From contig JADGBW010000004.1 of assembly GCA_015231305.1 (NCBI GenBank), positions 1,314-65,313 of the forward strand: a DNA stretch of 64,000 nt. The letters are read 5' to 3'. The number at the start of each line of letters is the position of its first letter. The first letter of the stretch is position 1. This document shows positions 26,577 to 36,546 of this stretch, one piece after another. The DNA is from Magnetococcales bacterium. GTDB lineage: Bacteria; Pseudomonadota; Magnetococcia; Magnetococcales; JADFYX01. The notes below the pieces were generated by a model, which was given only the letters and a program-made list of their open reading frames with translations, made no database searches and was not told the origin of the DNA. Position numbers and translations under genes: made by a program.

Positions 26577-27140
26577 ATGGAGTATTTAATAAGAATTATT
26601 AGTGAAAACCCTGAATATGCTGTACTTTTTTCAGCTTTACTAGCTGTTATTAGTATACTTATGCATTCGGCTAGATTTATTTTTTCTAGAACTGATAGAG
26701 GAATTGATCGTAAGATTTCAGTTGATGAATTTTGGTTTCTGGATATTCTTTTACATCCCTGTATCACACCGCTAAATGATTTTTTCTCAAAAAGAAGGGA
26801 AGCTGTTTCTACTTTATCTATAGAACTCATAGATAAATCTCCTACAGATCAAATAATAGCTGTGCAATCTTACCTTAAAGATTTCAATAAGGACTGTGTT
26901 GTAGAGCAAGTCCCAGGATTTCAAAGTTTTAATTTAATTGATCTAGAAGTACTGCCAAAAATAGAAATGGAACTCGAAAAGCTTTCTGATTCAATCAATA
27001 AATCTAGTAGTGAAGTAGTTGATGTCGATTTTATTATGATTAAAAGTGTCACTGCATCCCAGCTTAAAAATCTTTCAACATGCCATGTAGAAATTTTACG
27101 TATTCTATATGAAAAACATTCAGCAATTGCTAAAATTTAA
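26577..27140 (+). CDS. hypothetical protein with one N-terminal TM helix
   Basis: 187 aa. It contains the helix AVLFSALLAVISILM and no recognisable motif. It sits in the AT-richer islet, 12 nt after the DUF4325 gene. Confidence 0.5.
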   Translation: MEYLIRIISENPEYAVLFSALLAVISILMHSARFIFSRTDRGIDRKISVDEFWFLDILLHPCITPLNDFFSKRREAVSTLSIELIDKSPTDQIIAVQSYLKDFNKDCVVEQVPGFQSFNLIDLEVLPKIEMELEKLSDSINKSSSEVVDVDFIMIKSVTASQLKNLSTCHVEILRILYEKHSAIAKI

Positions 27141-27363
27141 TAGAAAGAAGATCTGTTAAACCTGATGAGGGTATTTAGACATAAATAATTTGATCAAGGG
27201 ACAGTTTTATAGAATCTATAATAGTAGAGAGGTCAGGGGGCAATATATTAGTAGTTCGCAAAATTCTACAACAATATCATGGGCCTATAATCTACCTTCT
27301 AATCATGATTTGGGGATGGTATATAGTGGAACTAAGTTAAAGGTGTATTAAGTTATGTTTATT

Positions 27364-29415
27364 TCAGGTTTTGCTTATTGATTCTTGGATTTTAGATTGC
27401 CACATCTGTTGGTAATTATTTTCTAAATCAGCAACAAACCCTGCTATATCACAAAGTGGGGAGTTTTTAACAGAACTATGTAGAGATAGGCGTTGTTCTG
27501 TATTTCTAACACCTTTTTTTGCTAAATTTACAGCAATGTTTAAATATTGTTCTTTAGTTGTTGCAACCCATTCACTTTTACCAATTACTGTTAATAGGCT
27601 TACTCCTTGTCTTTCAATCATTCTACTGCCTGATAGGGTAACAACCGGAACGCCCATCCATAAAGCATCAGCTGTTGTTATTCCTCCTGTACGTGGAAAA
27701 GGATCAAGAGCAACATCTATTAGGCCATACTCTTCCATATAGTTAGATGATGCTGGTTTTAAAATTAGGCGGTCTTTTTGTATTCCACATTTTAAAAAAA
27801 GCTCATAAATATTGGTTTTAGTAAAAGGGTTAACTAGTTGGCTCGATTTAAGAAAAAGCTTTGAATTAGGGACTTCAGATAAAATCTGGCTCCAAAGCAT
27901 GGCAACAGATTCATTTATTTTAGATATATGGTTAAAAGAGCCAAAGACGACATTTTTGTTAGATATCCGATCATTCTGCAATATTTCTGGCTTGTAGCTT
28001 GGCTGATATGATACCCAACATTTGGGTTGATGGATAATAGTTTCAACAGCTTGTTCTGGGGTATCTTCAGGAGTTAAAACAGGGTCTGTAATCCAATAAT
28101 CCATAGATTGCAACCCAGTGGTAGTACAATAACCTAAATATGTAGCTTGAATTGGTGCGGGTTTATAGGTAAAAACCTTCAGCCTATTACCATTTGTGTG
28201 ACCAGTTAAGTCAATAATAATATCTATTCCATCATCATAAATTTGTTTTGCCATCTGTTTATCATTCAAGCTTACAGTATCGCGCCAAACATCTGCATAA
28301 GACTTAATTTGAGTTGTTACTGTATCGGGACTGATAACGTTAGAATAACAATATACCTTAATTTTATTACGGTTATGGGTTTGAATAATACCAGAAATAA
28401 AGTTGCTTACAGGATGTCTTATAAAGTCTGGTGATACATAGCCAACTTTTAATATGTCATTTGTTTTTTTGTTAATAATATGTTTGTAGCTATTTTTCTC
28501 TCCTAAATACCCATGTAGTTTATCAAATTGTTTGTGATATTCTAATGTCTGCTGGTGAGTGTAGAGAACAAAATAACTAAGTACATATAGAAACCTGCTG
28601 TAAATTTTTTCACAATCTGGTTTTAATAAAATAGCTTTTTGTATATTGGCTACCCCTTCGTGAGGTCTGCCTTGCTCTTGTAGTACATTGCCAAGGTTAG
28701 AATAAGCGTCAGAAAGTTCAGGGTTTATTATTATTGCTTTTTGATAACTCACTATTGCTTCATCATGTTTGGCTTGTTCTTGTAGAGCATAACCAAGATT
28801 AGAGTAAGCTTGGGCAAAGTCTGGTTTTATGGATATTGCTTTTTGGTAGTTGGTAACGGCTTTATCAAGTTTGCCTTGCAACTGTAAGACAATACCAAGG
28901 TTAGAATAAGCATCTACATAATCTGGTCTATATGATATTGCTTTTTGAAGAATTATAATTGCTTCATCCAGTTTTCCCTGTTTATGCAGGGCAATACCAA
29001 GATTGGATAGAGCTTCTACATAGTCAGGTCTAACAGATAATGCTTTTTGGTAACTGGCAATAGCTTCATCCAGTTGGTTTTGTTCTAAAAGGGCATTACC
29101 AAGATTAAAATAAGCTTCTACATTATCGGGTTTAATTAATATTGCTTTTTTATAGTTTGAAATTGCTTCTTCAAGTTTGCCTTGGGTTTGCAAAGCTAAA
29201 CCCATGTTAGAAAAAGCTACTGTACTTTCATGGTCTATTTCTAAATTCTTTTTATACCAAAAAATAGCTTCATCTAGTTGTCCCGATTGGTGATATAAAA
29301 TTCCTTTTTGCAACGTTTCTTGAGCTTCTGCAAGGTTAAAATTGGTGGTTGGTATTTGTTGCTGCACATTTTTTTTAGAAAGCTTTTTTTGCTGCCGCCT
29401 TTCTTCTGAGTTCAT
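27364..29415 (-). CDS. TPR-repeat protein with C-terminal SPINDLY/O-GlcNAc-transferase-like (GT41) domain
   Basis: 683 aa. It has about 7 consecutive 34-aa TPR units (...A..YQKAI...PD...AYSNLG..L..QGK.DEAI...), then a ~400-aa glycosyltransferase-like C-terminal half. Confidence 0.9.
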   Translation of the reverse strand: MNSEERRQQKKLSKKNVQQQIPTTNFNLAEAQETLQKGILYHQSGQLDEAIFWYKKNLEIDHESTVAFSNMGLALQTQGKLEEAISNYKKAILIKPDNVEAYFNLGNALLEQNQLDEAIASYQKALSVRPDYVEALSNLGIALHKQGKLDEAIIILQKAISYRPDYVDAYSNLGIVLQLQGKLDKAVTNYQKAISIKPDFAQAYSNLGYALQEQAKHDEAIVSYQKAIIINPELSDAYSNLGNVLQEQGRPHEGVANIQKAILLKPDCEKIYSRFLYVLSYFVLYTHQQTLEYHKQFDKLHGYLGEKNSYKHIINKKTNDILKVGYVSPDFIRHPVSNFISGIIQTHNRNKIKVYCYSNVISPDTVTTQIKSYADVWRDTVSLNDKQMAKQIYDDGIDIIIDLTGHTNGNRLKVFTYKPAPIQATYLGYCTTTGLQSMDYWITDPVLTPEDTPEQAVETIIHQPKCWVSYQPSYKPEILQNDRISNKNVVFGSFNHISKINESVAMLWSQILSEVPNSKLFLKSSQLVNPFTKTNIYELFLKCGIQKDRLILKPASSNYMEEYGLIDVALDPFPRTGGITTADALWMGVPVVTLSGSRMIERQGVSLLTVIGKSEWVATTKEQYLNIAVNLAKKGVRNTEQRLSLHSSVKNSPLCDIAGFVADLENNYQQMWQSKIQESISKT

Positions 29416-29500
29416 TATTAAAGTATGCCCTTAAAAAAATTCAACACCGCTAAATTTTATCAACTATAAAAAATAATTGGCTTGTTGCCCAACCAGAGTA

Positions 29501-30343
29501 CTAACCTATCATCAACTTAATACCAACCAATAGCAGGAAAACACCGAAGCTTTTTCTTAGTTTGGCTGGGGGTAGGGTGTGTGCTAGCTTTACACCTATT
29601 GGGGTGGTAATTAGTGTGCCAATTATTATACCAAAAAAAGCCTCTGGCAGTATATAACCCCAACTGCCTGTTGGTAAATCTGGCTTGTTCCATCCTGCAT
29701 TAATAAAACCAGCTGCACCAGATATTGCTAAAAATATCCCGATAGCTGATGAACTGCCAACAGCAACGCGAATTGGTATGTGAGATATAAGTGTTAAGGC
29801 AGGTACAGACAAAGAGCCACCACCTATGCCAAATAGAGAGCTTAATGCACCAATAATTAAACTAATAATTGTTGATGATAATCTTTGCAGACGGATAGGC
29901 TTGTTATCTTGTTTTTTATCTTCACCGCTTTTGATCATCTTTATTGCCACTGTTAGCAAAAAAATACCAAACAGTAACTGTAATAACTCGCCTTCTAAAC
30001 GGACCGCTATTTGCGCGCCAAGCCAAGCTCCACACAGAACCCCAGGGGTGTAATAACCAACAGCAAGCCAATTAATGCTTTTACGTCGTTGCTGTTTGAA
30101 GGTTGCCATTAAATTGGTAATTATTATGGTGGCAAGGGAGGTTCCAACCGCCATTTGCATTATATGTGTGGTTGGTAGCTCTGTTAAATGAAACAAAAGC
30201 AGCAGGGCCGGGACAATTATAACCCCACCTCCAACCCCAAATAGGCCAGCAATAATACCAGCCCCAAGGCCAGTTATTATAGAAGCTACCAACAATAGAG
30301 AGATAAAATTTATCTCTTGTAGTTGTTCCATAACCTCAACCAC
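29501..30343 (-). CDS. TSUP / TauE-SafE family anion exporter
   Basis: 280-aa polytopic membrane protein with the duplicated GxGGG motif (LFGVGGGVIIVP, LFGIGGGSLSVP). It overlaps the upstream HAD gene by 8 nt. Confidence 0.9.
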   Translation of the reverse strand: MVEVMEQLQEINFISLLLVASIITGLGAGIIAGLFGVGGGVIIVPALLLLFHLTELPTTHIMQMAVGTSLATIIITNLMATFKQQRRKSINWLAVGYYTPGVLCGAWLGAQIAVRLEGELLQLLFGIFLLTVAIKMIKSGEDKKQDNKPIRLQRLSSTIISLIIGALSSLFGIGGGSLSVPALTLISHIPIRVAVGSSSAIGIFLAISGAAGFINAGWNKPDLPTGSWGYILPEAFFGIIIGTLITTPIGVKLAHTLPPAKLRKSFGVFLLLVGIKLMIG

Positions 30344-31316
30344 CTATACTGTTAACAATATAGTCGGGTTTAATAGCCCACTTTTGGCAGGTTGTCTCAA
30401 TAGTATTTGCCTCTAGCCCATGGATACCAGATAAGGTTAAACAGGTGGAAAAACCCATTGCAGCACCCCCTAAAATATCTGTGGTTAGAGAGTCTCCCAC
30501 CATTAAAATTTTATTGGGCGCAATGTGGGGGTACTTCTCTAAGGCTAATTGGTAAACAGGAGCAAATGGTTTACCAATACCAATGCTTGAGCAGTTATAT
30601 TTTTTGTTTAACTCATAAGCTGTAAAGCCAGCAACCACTACAGATTCTGTATCATTTGCTTGCACAATTATATCGGGGTTTGCCACTAACATTGGTAGTG
30701 GTCTGTTTTTGAGTTCAGCCTCTACAACCTCTTGTTGTGTCTGCCCGTAATAGTCCCTATTGCTACATATTAATATATATGCAGGTTGTTTATCTGTTTT
30801 TAAGGGAGAATCAGGCGGGTTTAGCAGTAGTCGGGAAGGATCTTCTCCATAATAATCTGCACTTTGTCTTGTGCCTATTAATAGGTAAGGTAGGCCGCTA
30901 TATGGCGAGCTTCTTAAATAAGGTTTAATTGCCATTCCTGAGGTAACTATCTGTTCAGGTTTGATAGCAAAACCTAATTTATTTAACTTTTGCCAAACGC
31001 TTTTTGGTTTTTCTGAAGCGTTGTTTGAAACTACTAAAAAATTAATACCATGTTGTATACAGCTGTCAATTGTAGCAACTGCTCCATCAATAGAGGCTGC
31101 GCCTCGGTTTAATACCCCATAGGCATCAAAAAGTATAAGGTCAAATTTATCCATTAGGTGGGTAAACTCGACACGCTCCATAGCTCCTGAATTTAATTTT
31201 TTATCCAAGTTAATATTTTCACTACAGAGTTGATCTCTATAACGTTTAACATTGTAAGTTAGCACTGATTTATCAGTTATTTTGGGCTTTTTATCAATTG
31301 CTACATTTTTTTTCAT
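30336..31316 (-). CDS. HAD-superfamily hydrolase, subfamily IIA
   Basis: 326 aa. The motifs are FDAYGVLNRG (motif I), VVSNNAS (motif II), and GKP plus MVGDSLTTDILGG (motifs III/IV). Confidence 0.8.
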   Translation of the reverse strand: MKKNVAIDKKPKITDKSVLTYNVKRYRDQLCSENINLDKKLNSGAMERVEFTHLMDKFDLILFDAYGVLNRGAASIDGAVATIDSCIQHGINFLVVSNNASEKPKSVWQKLNKLGFAIKPEQIVTSGMAIKPYLRSSPYSGLPYLLIGTRQSADYYGEDPSRLLLNPPDSPLKTDKQPAYILICSNRDYYGQTQQEVVEAELKNRPLPMLVANPDIIVQANDTESVVVAGFTAYELNKKYNCSSIGIGKPFAPVYQLALEKYPHIAPNKILMVGDSLTTDILGGAAMGFSTCLTLSGIHGLEANTIETTCQKWAIKPDYIVNSIGG

Positions 31317-31580
31317 TTTATTTTGCCAAAAAAAATATTAAAAATATCAGTCAGTAAGAAAGAATGGCTGTAATTTTTTAAATAACTGTGTATACTTCGA
31401 TTAAATTTTTTTTTAGTATACAAATAGATTCAAAACCTTTATGTCGTCATTAAGTCAGCTTTCTTCAGTGTAGAGTCAGCAATTAGTGGTGCATGGTGAC
31501 AATTGCTGAATCTAACTTCAACTGAAAATTGTTATCCTTAATACAGTTGATCACTATCTTTTGCCTTTTAGGGGCCACAT

Positions 31581-32498
31581 ATGAGTTTTTCTGATACACG
31601 TTTACGGGTTTTTCATGCTGTAGCCAAGCATCTCTCTTTTACCAGAGCTGCTGAAGAGTTATACCTTACTCAGCCAGCAGTTACATTTCAAATACGTCAA
31701 CTAGAAGAGCATTTTGACACACGGTTGTTTGACAGACACCACAACCGTATCACCATGACCGAAGCTGGTTTGATGGTGTTCAACTATACCGAACGTATAC
31801 TAGAGCTATACCGCGAGACAGACAAGGCCATCAATGAGATGACTGGTATGACCCGTGGCATCGTAAAATTGGGAGCCTCCACCACAATTGGTGAGTATAT
31901 TCTACCAGTTATACTAAGTAGTTACCATGAACAGTTTCCTAATGTGCGAGTACGAATGACAGTGGATAATACCCGGCTAATTGTGCGCAAGCTAGAGGAT
32001 GCCACTATAGATTTAGGTATGGTAGAGGGGCCAGTACAAAATAAAAATATTCACATTGTCCCCTGTATAGAAGATGAGTTGATTGTTGCGCTTCCTCCTA
32101 ATCATCCACTTTCACATATGACCGACATATCACTTTCTAAACTAAAAGAATATCCCTTTGTATCCCGCGAGGAGGGGTCTGGTACTCGTCAGGTAATAGC
32201 AGAACACCTTAAGAAAAACGGTGTTAACTATGATGACCTTGATATGGTTTTAGAGTTAGGTACTACAGAGTCTGTAAAGGCAGCTATTGAAGGTAATGTT
32301 GGGTTTAGTATTGTATCAAGTGTATCTATACGTAAGGAGTTACGCTTAAAAAGCCTTAGTGCCCACCGTATAAAGGGTGTATCCATGAAGCGGATGCTTA
32401 ACTTTGTTTTCCAAAAGCAGAAGTTCCGCTCTAAAGCCGTAGAAGAGATGCTAAATTTTGCCAAGACTCAGTGTAGCGAAATGGTTGTTGAGTTCTAA
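31581..32498 (+). CDS. LysR-family transcriptional regulator
   Basis: 305 aa. The N-terminal wHTH reads LRVFHAVAKHLSFTRAAEELYLTQPAVTFQIRQLE. A LysR substrate-binding domain follows. It is divergent from the HAD-TauE operon. Confidence 0.9.
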   Translation: MSFSDTRLRVFHAVAKHLSFTRAAEELYLTQPAVTFQIRQLEEHFDTRLFDRHHNRITMTEAGLMVFNYTERILELYRETDKAINEMTGMTRGIVKLGASTTIGEYILPVILSSYHEQFPNVRVRMTVDNTRLIVRKLEDATIDLGMVEGPVQNKNIHIVPCIEDELIVALPPNHPLSHMTDISLSKLKEYPFVSREEGSGTRQVIAEHLKKNGVNYDDLDMVLELGTTESVKAAIEGNVGFSIVSSVSIRKELRLKSLSAHRIKGVSMKRMLNFVFQKQKFRSKAVEEMLNFAKTQCSEMVVEF

Positions 32499-32542
32499 GT
32501 GCTGCTAAAAAAACAGACGTTCTACAACCAATATTAAGTCTT

Positions 32543-32612
32543 TCCCGCGGGGGAGGGAATCCAGAGAGTTCTACGTTGCTGCCATAGATTTCCGCCTACG
32601 CGAGAATAACGA
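32543..32612. repeat. REP-like composite repeat, family A, copy 1
   Basis: ttcccgcgggggagggaatccagagagttc...atagatttccgcctacgcgagaataacg shares an exact 17-mer, gggaatccagagagttc (32556-32572), with 59244-59260. Its second half is shared with 37539-37566. Confidence 0.75.
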
Positions 32613-32661
32613 TGGTTTCTTACTGAGTACAGTTTTTAAGTGAAGCCATTATATCATAAAG

Positions 32662-32687
32662 GCTCGCAAGAAAGCTTGCTCCTACAG
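32662..32687. repeat. REP-like palindromic element, family C, diverged inverted copy
   Basis: The reverse complement, tgtaggagcaagctttcttgcgagcc, shares the tgtaggagc.agct head with 24518-24542. It is internally palindromic (gcaag-aaa-gcttgc). Confidence 0.55.
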
Positions 32688-32707
32688 TTCGTATCGACAA
32701 TAGTAGG

Positions 32708-33427
32708 TTAAGTCGTCCAGAGGGAGTTGCCGGATTTTTTGCTTAAAATTTGTAAAAACTCCTGGTGGCTTTTCTCATCTTCACTGTTAGTAGGCCAAGT
32801 ACGTTTGGGAAAAACAAGAGGTTCTAGTTGTTTTCGTGATTTATTAATTTCACTATTTTGTTTGTCTGTATCACTGTTAGTTGTGGCTGTAGTTAGGCCA
32901 AAATCAAGGTTAAACTGATTTCCACCCATCAATTCAATATAGACTTCCGCTAACAATTCAGAGTCCAACAACGCCCCATGAAATGTGCGGTTGGAGTTGT
33001 CTATTTTATAACGACGGCAAAGGGCATCGAGGCTGGCTGGTGAGCCTGGGTATTTTTTTCTTGCCATAGATAAGGTATCTATGGCCCTATCGCTTTTGAT
33101 GCTGGGCAGGTTTTGTCGGTTGAGTTCCATATTTAAAAAGCCCATATCAAAACTGGCGTTATGGATCACTAGTTTATCATTTTTTATAAAATCTAAAAAA
33201 TCTTGGGCAATATCTGCAAAGCGGGGTGAATCTGCAACTTGTTCGTTTGTAATGCCGTGGACTTTTGTTGCCTCACGGGGGATCTCTCTATCGGGGTTGA
33301 GATACCACTGGCGTTGATCTCCCTTACGATAGTTAACAAGCTCTATACAGCCGATTTCAACAATACGATGGTCATCGTTAGGGGATATACCAGTTGTCTC
33401 TGTATCTAAAATTATTAGACGTTCCAT
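32708..33427 (-). CDS. dnaQ: DNA polymerase III subunit epsilon (3'-5' proofreading exonuclease)
   Basis: 239 aa. The DEDDh motifs are ExoI ILDTETTG, ExoII HNASFDMGFL and ExoIII HGALLDSELLAEVY. Confidence 0.9.
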   Translation of the reverse strand: MERLIILDTETTGISPNDDHRIVEIGCIELVNYRKGDQRQWYLNPDREIPREATKVHGITNEQVADSPRFADIAQDFLDFIKNDKLVIHNASFDMGFLNMELNRQNLPSIKSDRAIDTLSMARKKYPGSPASLDALCRRYKIDNSNRTFHGALLDSELLAEVYIELMGGNQFNLDFGLTTATTNSDTDKQNSEINKSRKQLEPLVFPKRTWPTNSEDEKSHQEFLQILSKKSGNSLWTT

Positions 33428-33442
33428 AACAAACTCTTAAGG

Positions 33443-34846
33443 TTAATTGCACTTAGCAAAAAACGATTCAAACTCTTCTTCTTTAAATACTGGATCAACT
33501 GAGCTGTTCCAACGATTTTGATAGGCATCTATCAGGCGGTCAGCTGGTGAAATGCCACTTTTGGCTATTTGAAAAAGGCTTTTTAAATAAATTGTTTCAT
33601 TACAGCCTTCTCCATTACGACAATCTAGAGCAGCAAGGCCAGCTTGCGACCATTTAAGAATGTTTAAGGCTAGTTGTTGCAGGGTTTTACCGTCAGGGGT
33701 TTTAGTTTTAAGCCCGAAACGTGGAACCTCTGCTACAATTCTCATTCTATCTTCAATGCTCCAATCAGCCACAAGATCCCAAGCTGCTTGGCTAGATTCG
33801 TTGTTGTAAAGCAGACCTTTCCATAAAGCTGGTAAGGCGCAAATAGATTGTGAATTACCAGCATCAGCACCCCTTGTCTCCAAGTACTGTTTTAAACGAA
33901 CATCAGGGAAAAGAGTTGATAGATGTATTTCCCAATCTTCTATTGTGGGATAATAGCCAGGTTGTTCTGGTAGATTTCCTGCTAAAAATTCACGAAATGG
34001 AACTCCTCCACCGTCGACATAGTCACCATTTTGGTAACGAAATAGCATAGGTACATCTAATGCGTAATCAATATATCTCTCAAAGCCGAAGTCATCTTCA
34101 AATACAAATGGCAAAAAGCCACAGCGGTCAGGGTCAGTAAATCGCCATATTTCAGCACGGAAAGATTGAAAACCGTTGAGTTTACCATCAAAAAATGGCG
34201 AGTTGGCAAACAGGGCAGTAGCCACGGGTTGAAGTGCTAGTAATAGGCGGAATTTTTTTACCATATCTGCCTCATCGGAATAATCCAAATTGGCTTGCAC
34301 AGTTGCTGTGCGGGTCATCATATCCAAACTATGGCGACCTTTTTGTGGCAGATATTGGCGCATTATTTTATAACGACCTTTAGGCATCCAGGGTATTTCA
34401 TCAAAACCCCATTTTGGTTGGGTTCCAATACCCAAAAAGGTGATGCCAAGCTGTTTACAAATGCCAGCTAATTGGTCGAGATGTTCATTTATTTCATTTT
34501 GGGTCTCATGGATAGTCGCCAATGGCGCGCCGGATAGCTCTAACTGGCCACCGGGTTCTAGAGTTACACCAGCAGCCCCTTTTTTAAGAGCAATGAGTTT
34601 GCCTTTCTCTTTTATTGGCTGCCAAGCATAAGTATCTGCCATACTCTGCAATATATTTTGTATGCCTTTGGGTGAATCGTGGGAGATAGGGGATAGGTTG
34701 GAGCGACAAAAGCCAAACTTTTCATGTTCGGTACCAATACGCCAGTCCCTTTTAGTCTTATAACCAGCTTCAAACCAGGATAGAAGATCGTTATATGCAA
34801 TAGTTGGAGTGTTAGAATTTTTATTTTTATCGGGTGTCATGAGCAA
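33443..34846 (-). CDS. gshA: glutamate--cysteine ligase, plant/alphaproteobacterial type (GCS2)
   Basis: 467 aa. Length and blocks such as IGTEHEKF, TLEPGGQLELSG and ETRGADAG match the GSH1-type enzyme. Confidence 0.85.
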   Translation of the reverse strand: MLMTPDKNKNSNTPTIAYNDLLSWFEAGYKTKRDWRIGTEHEKFGFCRSNLSPISHDSPKGIQNILQSMADTYAWQPIKEKGKLIALKKGAAGVTLEPGGQLELSGAPLATIHETQNEINEHLDQLAGICKQLGITFLGIGTQPKWGFDEIPWMPKGRYKIMRQYLPQKGRHSLDMMTRTATVQANLDYSDEADMVKKFRLLLALQPVATALFANSPFFDGKLNGFQSFRAEIWRFTDPDRCGFLPFVFEDDFGFERYIDYALDVPMLFRYQNGDYVDGGGVPFREFLAGNLPEQPGYYPTIEDWEIHLSTLFPDVRLKQYLETRGADAGNSQSICALPALWKGLLYNNESSQAAWDLVADWSIEDRMRIVAEVPRFGLKTKTPDGKTLQQLALNILKWSQAGLAALDCRNGEGCNETIYLKSLFQIAKSGISPADRLIDAYQNRWNSSVDPVFKEEEFESFFAKCN

Positions 34847-35017
34847 TCTGAGTTGGCAGGTATTAATAAAGTTCCGCTTAGGATAGCAGGTTTGTTGTTA
34901 TAATATATCATTAAAAGAAATAAAAGCGACTTCTCTCTGCATATGATTTTATGATATATTCTTCTATCAATGTGAAGTTATGTAAAATATCCGGCTAATA
35001 AAGAGTAGGAAATAAAT

Positions 35018-36544
35018 GTGAATAAGAGCGGATATCACTTAATCAAACAGATGTTTTATCATCTTTTAGAGGAGCCGGATAGTCCTGCTCGTCCAATATT
35101 CAATTTAGCCATGATGTTTGTGGTGGCTGCGTCCATTACAGCCATGGTTTTAGAGGTTGACCCTAACCTTACAGTTGAAGAGCTTGAATTTTTTGCTAAA
35201 CTGGAAGATATATTCATTACAATATTTGTTACTGAATATGTTTTACGTCTTTGGGTCTGCTCTGATGTTGGTGTAATTTTTAAGTCTGAGCTTAAACGCT
35301 ATAATCGTCGTAACCACAAACCTAAAAAAATTAGAGCTTTCTGGTATGCTGTCAGAAAATCTTTAGAACCCAAACTGGCTTGGATGGTCCAGCCCTTAGC
35401 CATTGTCGACCTGCTCGCTATTCTACCGGTATTTAGAATTTTCAGGCTGTTCCGTGTGCTTAGGGTTTTACGGGTTTTAAAGCTGTTTCGTTACTCTAGA
35501 CGCTTGTCTTTCTTTGGCAGTATTGTCAAAGAGAGGTCTTACGAAATATTCTCCCTAATTACGGTTGCTATTGTTGTTTGGGGAATGGTCGCTGTAGCAT
35601 TTTTTGTTGTCGAAAGAGGAGTAAACCCTAAAATAACCTCTATTTGGGAGGCTGTATATTGGTCTATTATCACCATTACAACTGTTGGTTATGGTGATAT
35701 TACCCCAGCAACACCAACAGGCCAAACTATTGCTGTTGTTGGTACTCTGTTTGGTATGTGGGTGGTGGTCTTCATGACCTCAATTGTAGTATCCGCTCTT
35801 ACAGAACGTCTCGTTAGTTTAACGGAGATTCGTATGGAAAGTCAGATTGATCGTTTTCAAAACCATGTCATTGTGGTTGGCCTTAATGCTTTAGGTCGTG
35901 AAGTTTGCAGAACATTAGCAGAGGAGAAAAAACCCTTTGTAGGAATAGATAGTGACGAAAGAAGGGTAGAACAAGCTAGAAAAGAGGGCTGGATAGCCCT
36001 TAAAGGCAGTGTAACAGAAGATGAAGATCTCTGGTTACGTGCAGGGTTACGAAGAGCACAAGGTGTCATAAGCTGCTTTGAGGCAGAGGTAGATAGTGTC
36101 TATATAATCCTATTAGTGCGAGATATAATGCCAGAGTGTTATATTGTTGCTTGTGGGGTTACTAGGGCCTCTGAAACTAGGCTTTTACGAGTTGGGGCCA
36201 ACAAGGTTATATCTCCTGCTCAAATTGGCGGCACTCAAATGGCTAACATGGTGCTAAGACCTTCTGCTACCCAATTTTTTGAATTGGCTTTCAGGTCAGA
36301 CAATGACGAGGTGGAGATGCAAGAGATGCAAATCCCCATTAACTCACAACTTGATGGCTGCAAATTAAATGAGCTATATACCAACAAAGAATTTGATGAT
36401 GTAATAGTTATTGGTTATATGGATAGCGATTCTAAAAATATCTGTTTTAACCCCAAGGGTGATGTAAAGCTAAATGCTGGTGATGTTCTTATCTGTTTTG
36501 GGCAACTAGATGACTTAGCCCGTTTTGAAAATGCTTTAAAATAG
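35018..36544 (+). CDS. voltage-sensor-containing K+ channel fused to RCK (TrkA-N/TrkA-C) domains
   Basis: 508 aa. It has an S4-like helix with Arg/Lys at every third position (RIFRLFRVLRVLRVLKLFR) and the canonical filter TTVGYGD. A Rossmann-type RCK domain (HVIVVGLNALGREV) and a TrkA-C domain follow. The GTG start has an AGGAA upstream. Confidence 0.9.
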   Translation: MNKSGYHLIKQMFYHLLEEPDSPARPIFNLAMMFVVAASITAMVLEVDPNLTVEELEFFAKLEDIFITIFVTEYVLRLWVCSDVGVIFKSELKRYNRRNHKPKKIRAFWYAVRKSLEPKLAWMVQPLAIVDLLAILPVFRIFRLFRVLRVLRVLKLFRYSRRLSFFGSIVKERSYEIFSLITVAIVVWGMVAVAFFVVERGVNPKITSIWEAVYWSIITITTVGYGDITPATPTGQTIAVVGTLFGMWVVVFMTSIVVSALTERLVSLTEIRMESQIDRFQNHVIVVGLNALGREVCRTLAEEKKPFVGIDSDERRVEQARKEGWIALKGSVTEDEDLWLRAGLRRAQGVISCFEAEVDSVYIILLVRDIMPECYIVACGVTRASETRLLRVGANKVISPAQIGGTQMANMVLRPSATQFFELAFRSDNDEVEMQEMQIPINSQLDGCKLNELYTNKEFDDVIVIGYMDSDSKNICFNPKGDVKLNAGDVLICFGQLDDLARFENALK

Positions 36545-36546
36545 AG

